DNA of 5,073 bases, taken from positions 1 to 5,073 of IMG/VR virus record IMGVR_UViG_2585427755_000008; one strand, 5' to 3'. The number at the start of each line of letters is the position of its first letter. Position 1 is the first letter of the stretch. The notes beneath the pieces were generated by a model that was given only the letters and a program-made list of their open reading frames with translations, had not been told where the DNA came from and did not search any database. This stretch comes from a virus. Taxonomy: Duplodnaviria; Heunggongvirae; Uroviricota; Caudoviricetes. The translations under genes and the position numbers were made by a program. Of this stretch, positions 1 through 5,073 are shown one piece after another.

Positions 1-45
1 ATAAAACCGGGTGATGCAAAAGTAGCCATTTGATTCACAAGGCCA

Positions 46-74
46 TTGACGCATCGCCCGGTTAGTTTTAACCT
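46..74 (+). promoter_or_regulatory. Possible sigma70 promoter for the tRNA-Thr gene (TTGACG -35 at 46-51, 17-nt spacer, TAACCT -10 at 69-74)
   Basis: Seen in sequence: a consensus-like TTGACG hexamer followed 17 nt later by TAACCT, then a GC-rich stretch (TGTCCACCG) about 40 nt upstream of the mature tRNA 5' end. The -10 is weak, so this is motif-based inference only. Confidence 0.2.
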
Positions 75-114
75 TGTCCACCGTGATTCACGTTCGTGAA
101 CATGTCCTTTCAGG

Positions 115-190
115 GCCGATATAGCTCAGTTGGTAGAGCAGCGCATTCGTAATGCGAAGGTCGTAGGTTCGACTCCTATTATCGGCACCA
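115..190 (+). tRNA. thrW: tRNA-Thr, anticodon CGU
   Basis: Cloverleaf folded by hand: acceptor 5' GCCGATA (115-121) pairs with TATCGGC (180-186); D-arm GCTC/AGTTGGTA/GAGC (124-139); anticodon loop TTCGTAA with anticodon CGT at 148-150; T-arm GTAGG/TTCGACT/CCTAT (163-179); discriminator A187; encoded CCA at 188-190. Length 76 nt. It matches my memory of enterobacterial thrW, the attachment site of phage P22. Confidence 0.9.
145..190. other. Probable attL core (tRNA 3' portion shared between host attB and phage attP)
   Basis: Inference: the integrase stop codon is only 15 nt beyond the tRNA 3' end, so the recombination core must lie in the 3' part of the tRNA. From memory, P22 uses a core of about 46 bp running from the anticodon loop to the CCA end of thrW; the exact limits cannot be set without the attR end. 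Confidence 0.4.
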
Positions 191-204
191 TTTAAATCAA
201 TAAG

Positions 205-1368
205 TTACACATCATTAGTACCTTCCTTATTTTTTGACTGGGACAAATTTGGGACCGATGGGTTCAGGATCGAGTCTATTTGCCGTGCGTGTTCGGTAAG
301 GTGATTAGGTGCAAGGTGAGCATATCGACGAACCATTTCGATAGACTCCCAGCCTCCCATTTCCTGTAACACTGACAACGGGACTCCGGCTTGAACCAGC
401 CAACTTGCCCACGTGTGTCTCAAGTCGTGAAATCTGAAATCATCAATACCAGCCCGTCTCAGCGCCGCTTTCCAGGCTGTGTTTGCGTCATACCGCATCT
501 TCCTTACTGTTGGCGCTTTCGTTCCGTCTGGTTTGGTACAGCTTTCCTTGTACACAAATACCCAACGGTGATGATTCCCGATTTGTTTTTTCAAAACGCG
601 ACATGCAGTATCATTCAGCGCAACGCCGATTGCGCGGTTTGATTTACTCTCTTCCGGGTTTATCCATGCCACCCGGCGCTGCATATCTATTTGTTGCCAT
701 TCAAGGTTGATGATGTTCGAGCGTCTTAAGCCTGTTGCCAGTGCAAATTCAACAACAGACTTTAATGGCTCCGGACATTCATCAATCAGCCTTTGTGCTT
801 CATGGGGCTCCAGCCAGCGGATCCGTTTATTCTTTGGTTGAGGCACTTTAATAATTGGTGCCTTATCCAGCATTTTCCATTCACGCTCTGCGGCTCTTAG
901 TAGGGCCTTTATAAATGAAAGATGCGTAGCCTTCGTTGCAACGGACGCTGGTTTTGGCGTGTATTCTGGAACAGGTTTCCCTTTTTTTCTGCATGCTTCT
1001 GCCCTGAGTTTCCAGTTTTCCTCATGACGCCGGTTCGTCATTTTCTGCATTGCTGAATAAATTTTTGATTCAGTAATGTCTCTTAGTTGCATTCCTGCGA
1101 AATGTTGAAGCCAGAATCCGATCCGGCTTTTGTCATCGTCCAGTGATTTTTTATGTGCTTTCTCTTCAAGCCACCTGACACACGCTTCCTCGAACGTTAT
1201 ATCAGGTATTTCACCAAGTTTGCTGACCCGCCATGCTTCAGCCTTTAGCTTGTCATGGAGTTCTGTCGCCTGCCTTTTGTCCTTTGTTCCAAGAGACTGT
1301 TTAAATCTTTTACCGTTCGGCAATGTGAAACTGGCGTACCATATTTCACCTCTGCGGAAGAGTGACAT
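205..1368 (-). CDS. int: Tyrosine site-specific integrase (lambda/P22 Int family), 387 aa
   Basis: ATG at 1368..1366 preceded by GAGGAAAG; TAA stop at 207..205. C-terminal catalytic signature HDLRHTWAS (H-x-x-R) and [15 protein letters not shown] (catalytic Tyr). The N-terminus [46 protein letters not shown] closely matches my memory of P22 Int, and the length agrees (387 aa). Confidence 0.95.
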   Translation of the reverse strand: MSLFRRGEIWYASFTLPNGKRFKQSLGTKDKRQATELHDKLKAEAWRVSKLGEIPDITFEEACVRWLEEKAHKKSLDDDKSRIGFWLQHFAGMQLRDITESKIYSAMQKMTNRRHEENWKLRAEACRKKGKPVPEYTPKPASVATKATHLSFIKALLRAAEREWKMLDKAPIIKVPQPKNKRIRWLEPHEAQRLIDECPEPLKSVVEFALATGLRRSNIINLEWQQIDMQRRVAWINPEESKSNRAIGVALNDTACRVLKKQIGNHHRWVFVYKESCTKPDGTKAPTVRKMRYDANTAWKAALRRAGIDDFRFHDLRHTWASWLVQAGVPLSVLQEMGGWESIEMVRRYAHLAPNHLTEHARQIDSILNPSVPNLSQSKNKEGTNDV

Positions 1369-1595
1369 TTTCTTTCCTCTGTTATGCCATCACCCGCGCT
1401 CACCTGGACAGTATGCAGCGGAGACTGAAGAGCCGCAATGCAGGCTTGTCGTGTTGTGAGGTAAGGAGATTTATTCTTAGTGGGATCTTTGCGTGTTGCC
1501 TGAAGACGCCCTGTGCGTATCCAGTTAATGGCAGTCGGTCTGGATATCTTGAGAAAATGACAGGCCTCATCGAGTGTGAGGCTGTATGGCTCCAT
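1245..1595 (-). CDS. xis: Excisionase (Xis, winged-helix/AlpA-like DNA-binding), 116 aa
   Basis: ATG at 1595..1593 with SD GAGGTG 5 nt upstream; the N-terminus [31 protein letters not shown] is a typical excisionase HTH/wing. Its 3' end overlaps the int start by 124 nt in another frame. The longer 144-aa form in the ORF track (from 1679) has no comparable RBS and overlaps the upstream gene. Confidence 0.8.
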   Translation of the reverse strand: MEPYSLTLDEACHFLKISRPTAINWIRTGRLQATRKDPTKNKSPYLTTRQACIAALQSPLHTVQVSAGDGITEERKCHSSAEVKYGTPVSHCRTVKDLNSLLEQRTKGRRQNSMTS

Positions 1596-1900
1596 TATTT
1601 CACCTCTTGCTGTGACATTGTTGAAAAATGGATACCAGCTCGTTGCTGCCAGACGATCCAACCGAGAGTCATATCCCATGCCATGTATTCGTTATCGTCG
1701 TTTTTTGCTCTCCGACGATCTACTAAGTCACCGAAACGCTTTTCCATGAATAATTCATAAGCTTCGCGTTCATCTGGTTCTACTTCCAGAGATAGGAGTG
1801 CGATTTCATAAGCACGGCGCTCAATATCGTCTCGCACGTCAAGGCTGCTGATACGCTCTTTAATTTCTTTAATCAGTTCTTTGTCGGTAAAAGTGGTCAT
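1595..1900 (-). CDS. Hypothetical acidic early-left (ea-region) protein, 101 aa
   Basis: ATG at 1900..1898 preceded by AAGGAG with a 6-nt spacer; TAA stop at 1597..1595 overlaps the xis ATG (TAATG). The protein is highly charged and acidic with predicted helical character. No family recognised. Confidence 0.7.
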   Translation of the reverse strand: MTTFTDKELIKEIKERISSLDVRDDIERRAYEIALLSLEVEPDEREAYELFMEKRFGDLVDRRRAKNDDNEYMAWDMTLGWIVWQQRAGIHFSTMSQQEVK

Positions 1901-1910
1901 GTGTTACTCC

Positions 1911-2174
1911 TTAACCCGCAGTGCTTTCAACTGACGAGGGGAACAAAATCTTTTCATCAAATCCGGCATTCATATCATGGACAGCAACACACCAATCCAT
2001 TGACGAACGATTATCAAGAGCCTCCATGATTTCATCCATGCGGCGTAGGTCATACAGGTAAATATTTTTATCGCCAATGGTGTAAAAACCAATTTTTTTC
2101 GGTGATGGACAGCGATCAATAACGTCCTGTAATTCGTTCAACCATGCCTGTTCTTTTTTTGTCAAAGTTGCCAT
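1911..2174 (-). CDS. Hypothetical phage protein, 87 aa
   Basis: ATG at 2174..2172 preceded by AAGGAAAA. The ORF-track version (117 aa) starts at a TTG at 2264 and would overlap the upstream gene, so I prefer the internal ATG. The TAA stop at 1913..1911 is embedded in the SD of the next gene. No family recognised. Confidence 0.65.
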   Translation of the reverse strand: MATLTKKEQAWLNELQDVIDRCPSPKKIGFYTIGDKNIYLYDLRRMDEIMEALDNRSSMDWCVAVHDMNAGFDEKILFPSSVESTAG

Positions 2175-2175
2175 A

Positions 2176-2394
2176 TCAGTTTTCCTTATACGGATTAATT
2201 TTATTGTGCAGTGTGTTGAACGACGCCCATACCACGTCGTTATACAATTCAATAACTGGCTCAATTATTTTCCCGATTGCCCAGACAAAAATTAGCGGGG
2301 ATATCGGTATCATCAACACGATAAACAGAATGAGAAACAGGAATTCTGTCGTTCTACTCTTTCGCGGATATTCTTTTCTGAATAATGTCGGCAC
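2176..2394 (-). CDS. Small predicted single-pass membrane protein, 72 aa (GTG start)
   Basis: GTG at 2394..2392 preceded by a strong AAGGAG with a 6-nt spacer. Basic N-terminus (RKEYPRKSR) followed by a hydrophobic stretch of about 24 residues (FLFLILFIVLMIPISPLIFVWAIG). TGA stop at 2178..2176 sits 1 nt from the next ATG. A non-ATG start and short length lower the confidence. Confidence 0.55.
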   Translation of the reverse strand: MPTLFRKEYPRKSRTTEFLFLILFIVLMIPISPLIFVWAIGKIIEPVIELYNDVVWASFNTLHNKINPYKEN

Positions 2395-2395
2395 A

Positions 2396-2728
2396 TCACT
2401 CTCCTTTGATGCGAATGCCAGCGACGCGTAGTGCGTGTTCTAAGTCAATCAGGCAAAGCCAACTGCCATTTTCTTTAGGTATCATGACATGTCGCTTATC
2501 AGCATTTATTGGGTGCCCATATCGAAGGTCGTAGCGAGTCGGTAATTGAACTTCCCTCGCTTCCAGTTCTGTAATGCGTTTGTTTTTAGCTTCTAGTTCA
2601 TCCAGCAGCGCCAGCACAACCTGCGGTGTGACTTTCATACGAAATGCCAGCAATTTTTGTGGTGTGGCTACTATTTTTATTGCTTCTGCCGCCTCACGCA
2701 GTGCCTGATAGTTAATTTTGGTTGTCAT
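2396..2728 (-). CDS. Hypothetical ea-region protein, 110 aa (N-terminus reminiscent of Ead/Ea22-like prophage proteins)
   Basis: ATG at 2728..2726 preceded by GAGGTGG and overlapping the upstream stop (ATGA). The N-terminal motif YQALREAAEA...TPQ and the helical segment LDELEAKNKRITELEAREV resemble, from memory only, the N-terminal regions of Ead/Ea22-like proteins; this is unverified. Confidence 0.7.
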   Translation of the reverse strand: MTTKINYQALREAAEAIKIVATPQKLLAFRMKVTPQVVLALLDELEAKNKRITELEAREVQLPTRYDLRYGHPINADKRHVMIPKENGSWLCLIDLEHALRVAGIRIKGE

Positions 2729-3603
2729 GCCACCACCTCTTCGAATTTCAACTCCAATTGATCACCCCAGATTTCACATGACTCTGAACACGAGCCGGTA
2801 TCGAATCGCCTGGCTTGCACCATCGCCTGATACAAATTTCTGTAGTCGCTGTCGGCATACATTCTGGCAATCCCGTCAAGACTCAGATGACCACGGTACA
2901 TAACGTCTTTATCTGTCTTTCGGTGACCATCCCGGACGTGTTTACCTGTAACCAGCTCATTAAAAACTCTCATCAGACCAGGTTCGTCTTTACATGCAAG
3001 CCCCAGCTTTTGCGTGGACTTTTTGATGCAGAAAACACAGTTCCCGAGGTGCTCCGGGATTTGCAAATCAAAAGGTTGTTTATGCCACCACCGGATAACA
3101 TCCGACTTATCAAAATCAGATAGCTCGGCAAGATACCGGACGCCTGATTTCGGTTTCAGCCTACGAGGTTCGTCTGCACGAATACCCAGCCATGTGATGT
3201 AATTCCCTCGTCCGAAATGGTCATCGCAGTATTTTGTGAAGGGGGTGAGTTTTAATCTGTCAGTGCAGAACGCGCCGCCGATGTATGGCGTGCCATATTT
3301 TTTTACCATGTCCATAAACGGTTTAAGCACCGGCATTCGCGTCTGAATATCCTTTGGTTCCCATTCCGTATAACCATTTGGCTGCCCAAGCTCTGGATTT
3401 ATATCGACCTGCAACACAGTTAGCGGTATGCCCCAGAACTTCACAACCTCCCGAATAAAGCGGTATGTCAGCGGATGTTCGCAACCGGTATCCATAAAGA
3501 TGTAGCAGACGTTATTACCAGCCTTTCTTTGTTCTTCCATCAGGTGAACAAGATATGCAGATGTTCTCCCGCCAGAAAAACTAACTACATGAGTTATGCA
3601 CAT
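2725..3603 (-). CDS. PAPS-reductase-like PP-loop ATP pyrophosphatase family protein, 292 aa
   Basis: ATG at 3603..3601 overlaps the end of the upstream HD gene by 10 nt. N-terminal PP-loop-type motif VVSFSGGRTSAYL (SGGxxS variant of SGGxDS) at residues 6-18. Cysteine motifs CVFC (residues 189-192) and CSESC (272-276). The length and motif placement are typical of phage-encoded PAPS reductase / DndC-like proteins. Confidence 0.85.
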   Translation of the reverse strand: MCITHVVSFSGGRTSAYLVHLMEEQRKAGNNVCYIFMDTGCEHPLTYRFIREVVKFWGIPLTVLQVDINPELGQPNGYTEWEPKDIQTRMPVLKPFMDMVKKYGTPYIGGAFCTDRLKLTPFTKYCDDHFGRGNYITWLGIRADEPRRLKPKSGVRYLAELSDFDKSDVIRWWHKQPFDLQIPEHLGNCVFCIKKSTQKLGLACKDEPGLMRVFNELVTGKHVRDGHRKTDKDVMYRGHLSLDGIARMYADSDYRNLYQAMVQARRFDTGSCSESCEIWGDQLELKFEEVVA

Positions 3604-4130
3604 TTGCGTAATTCCGATAACTCGTTGAAGCGTGCCATAAACATCCCGTAGGCATGGCCCGGTGCCAGTGGAATCACGTTGAACATCTCTGTTGCCGGGA
3701 TGCCTTCTAGTACAGGCCAGAAAGAGCCATCATCAAGCCCGAGATCGCGGCGTTCGGTTGCCAGCATGATGAGATCGGCATATTTCACGGGTGTACTCAT
3801 AACCGGGGGTAACCCGTATTTCTCACGGATTACGGCGTCTATTTTTTCTTCCATCCGTTTATAGTCAGGAAGAAGGCGTTTCAGTGGAGCGGGAATATCC
3901 TGGCAATACGCTTCTGTTGCATCATGCATTAACGCTTCAAAAGCAAATTCCTGCGGCACCAGCTGGCTGCAAAGCACCGCATGCTGGGCGACACTGTAGA
4001 AGTGTGAAAGATGTCCTGCAAAGCGACAGATATTTGAAAGGGAAACCGCGATATCGTTAATAACGATGTCGTCTTTATTTATCTTGTCATAATAAAAATG
4101 CTTCCCGGAAAAAGTTTTAATAAATGACAT
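3594..4130 (-). CDS. HD-domain phosphohydrolase, YfbR-like 5'-deoxynucleotidase family, 178 aa
   Basis: ATG at 4130..4128 preceded by GGAG with a 6-nt spacer; the ORF-track start at 4157 is a GTG with no SD. HD signature: an H in HFYSVAQHAV and the HD pair plus downstream D in ALMHDATEAYCQDIPAPLK, which closely parallels the E. coli YfbR segment MYHDASEVLTGDLPTPVK as I remember it. Confidence 0.85.
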   Translation of the reverse strand: MSFIKTFSGKHFYYDKINKDDIVINDIAVSLSNICRFAGHLSHFYSVAQHAVLCSQLVPQEFAFEALMHDATEAYCQDIPAPLKRLLPDYKRMEEKIDAVIREKYGLPPVMSTPVKYADLIMLATERRDLGLDDGSFWPVLEGIPATEMFNVIPLAPGHAYGMFMARFNELSELRKCA

Positions 4131-4223
4131 TTTGTTCTCCACGTATATGCGCTGCACCGCGCTGAATTCTGGTAAAAGGAAGCCCTCACCATCCGGCGAT
4201 TATTGAGTAAATTATGTTTCCAT

Positions 4224-4245
4224 AAATGCCCCCGCAGGGGCATTT
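4224..4245 (-). terminator. Putative intrinsic terminator/attenuator hairpin (9-bp stem, 4-nt loop)
   Basis: Perfect inverted repeat AAATGCCCC-CGCA-GGGGCATTT. On the - strand transcript it lies 12 nt after the DUF2303-like stop (4258) and is followed by AUUUAUGG, a weak U-tract. It sits between two co-directional genes of the early-left operon. Confidence 0.4.
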
Positions 4246-4257
4246 GCAGTAATGAAA

Positions 4258-5073
4258 TCAGGCGGTGAAAGTACCAATAAAGGTTTCTACTTTGCTGTCT
4301 TTAAATTTCTCAACAAGCAGATCACGAAATTCGTTAGCCATTTCTTCCTGCACCGCTTCCAGCTGAATAATGCGCAGAACCAGTACAGGACGATCGCCAG
4401 TGATAATGCTGAGGCGTAATTTAAACGGACGTTCTTTCAGGCCTTCAAACGGAACGCATTTAAATTCAAATGCCACTGGCATAATGTCTTTGGTCTTCGC
4501 TTCGACAGACTCCATCAGGGAGCGTTTGCCGCTGAAGTCATTGTCTTCAAAATCAGCGGTCTGGTTCGCTTCAATTGTGATTTTACGGATCGCCGCAGCC
4601 GCTTTGGTTGCCTGAATGGCGTCACCATTAGCATCAAAGCCCACAAGGTAGTCGGCCCAGTCTTCAATCCATTCTGCCAGTGACTTTTGGGAGTTACGCT
4701 CGCCATTAACAGACAACAGAGCAGAGAACGGTGCTGTCTTTTTCAGTTTGAGAGTGGCGGTGTTATCTGCGTGACCTGGTTCATCAATAGTACCCAGGTT
4801 AAGCACACTGACGGCACGCATATTATCGGCATCGATAAAGCAGCGGGTGCCTTCATCTGCAAGATCTTTAGAATAACGGGTAAAGTCATCGATGCTGGCA
4901 GTGGAAAGCGCACCACGGAAACGGAAGCGATTTAAATTAAATTTTTCCAGATCATGAATGCGGAAATTCTCAGGCAATGCCACAGCATCGGCACCAATCT
5001 TACTGATAATTTCATTAACACCCTGAGCAGAAATAAGGGCATGGATTTGATTAATTGCGGTTGCGTCTAAGTT
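4258..5073 (-). CDS. Conserved prophage protein, possibly DUF2303/YfdQ-like; 5' end lies beyond the window (at least 271 aa)
   Basis: TGA stop at 4260..4258. The reading frame stays open on the - strand all the way to position 5073, upstream of the GTG at 4983 that the ORF track used as a start, so the true start is outside the window. Family assignment is from memory of the size and genomic context of YfdQ-like proteins and is unverified. Confidence 0.7.
   Translation of the reverse strand, partial: NLDATAINQIHALISAQGVNEIISKIGADAVALPENFRIHDLEKFNLNRFRFRGALSTASIDDFTRYSKDLADEGTRCFIDADNMRAVSVLNLGTIDEPGHADNTATLKLKKTAPFSALLSVNGERNSQKSLAEWIEDWADYLVGFDANGDAIQATKAAAAIRKITIEANQTADFEDNDFSGKRSLMESVEAKTKDIMPVAFEFKCVPFEGLKERPFKLRLSIITGDRPVLVLRIIQLEAVQEEMANEFRDLLVEKFKDSKVETFIGTFTA

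Larger units (their letters stand above)
145..5073. mobile_element. Left arm of a P22-like lambdoid prophage (attL, int, xis, early-left accessory genes); continues beyond the window
   Basis: tRNA-adjacent tyrosine integrase plus overlapping excisionase, followed by a co-directional block of small and accessory genes, which is the typical int-xis-ea organisation of P22-like phages. The left boundary lies inside the tRNA 3' half and is approximate. Confidence 0.85.

Noticed and set aside
391-710. Two + strand ORFs (83 and 75 aa) inside the integrase gene
   Set aside because: They are antisense to a well-supported integrase CDS, have no Shine-Dalgarno, and translate to Cys/Ser/Arg-rich low-complexity sequence typical of spurious antisense frames.
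115-1368. Alternative reading as a P4-like satellite or CP4-type cryptic island at the tRNA
   Set aside because: The integrase is co-oriented with and overlapped by a lambda-type excisionase and followed by an ea-type operon; it matches my recollection of P22 Int rather than P4-family integrases.
1369-1600. cII-dependent pI-type promoter (TTGC-N6-TTGC) within xis
   Set aside because: I searched the - strand sense of this region for the motif and found none; the only TTGC pair (about 1483-1493, + strand) has 3-nt spacing and the wrong orientation.
1245-1679. Longer 144-aa form of Xis starting at 1679
   Set aside because: That start has no convincing SD and would overlap the upstream 101-aa gene by 85 nt. 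The internal ATG at 1595 has a GAGGTG SD and gives a 116-aa product of typical excisionase size.
1130-1760. + strand ORFs of 109 and 132 aa antisense to int, xis and the 101-aa gene
   Set aside because: Ser/Cys-rich translations with no RBS, overlapping three well-supported - strand genes; most likely an artefact of codon composition.
1911-2264. 117-aa version of the 87-aa gene
   Set aside because: It starts at a TTG and overlaps the 72-aa membrane-protein ORF by about 90 nt; the internal ATG at 2174 has an AAGGAAAA SD.
2318-2396. ATG at 2396..2394 directly overlapping the upstream TGA
   Set aside because: It opens only a 27-codon frame. The GTG 2 nt downstream, with a correctly spaced AAGGAG, opens the 72-aa membrane-protein ORF and is the better candidate.
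2144-2431. + strand 95-aa ORF
   Set aside because: Antisense to two RBS-supported - strand genes; no SD and no recognisable motif.
2718-3202. Three + strand ORFs (61, 102, 62 aa) inside the PAPS-reductase-like gene
   Set aside because: Antisense to a CDS with clear PP-loop motifs; no independent support.
3679-3864. + strand 61-aa ORF inside the HD gene
   Set aside because: Antisense, Ser/Arg-rich, no RBS.
3594-4157. 187-aa form of the HD protein starting at 4157
   Set aside because: The start is a GTG without an SD; the ATG at 4130 has a GGAG SD and gives 178 aa.
4370-4935. + strand ORFs (81 and 82 aa) and a nested - strand 63-aa ORF inside the DUF2303-like gene
   Set aside because: All lie within or antisense to a long open frame that runs to the window edge; no RBS or motif support.
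1-5073. CRISPR arrays, IS elements or inverted-repeat transposon ends
   Set aside because: No regularly spaced direct repeats, no transposase-like ORF and no terminal inverted repeats were seen anywhere in the window.

Overview
This window is the attL-proximal (left) end of a P22-like lambdoid prophage integrated at a tRNA-Thr(CGU) gene (thrW-type site). On the + strand there is about 114 nt of host flank and then the tRNA (115..190). Every protein-coding gene I can support is on the - strand and reads toward the tRNA, forming a tightly packed early-left block: a partial DUF2303/YfdQ-like gene (4258..>5073), a hairpin, an HD-domain YfbR-like phosphohydrolase (3594..4130), a PAPS-reductase-like PP-loop protein (2725..3603), four small ORFs of 110, 72, 87 and 101 aa, then excisionase (1245..1595) and a tyrosine integrase (205..1368). 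Stops and starts overlap or nearly abut at almost every junction, which suggests translational coupling. The most interesting content is the accessory cargo between xis and the rest of the phage, especially the HD phosphohydrolase / PP-loop enzyme pair and the small unknown proteins; these are candidates for a nucleotide-directed host-takeover or anti-defence module. All family assignments come from reading the translated ORFs by eye and from memory of protein families; no database search was run. No CRISPR array, rRNA or IS element was seen.
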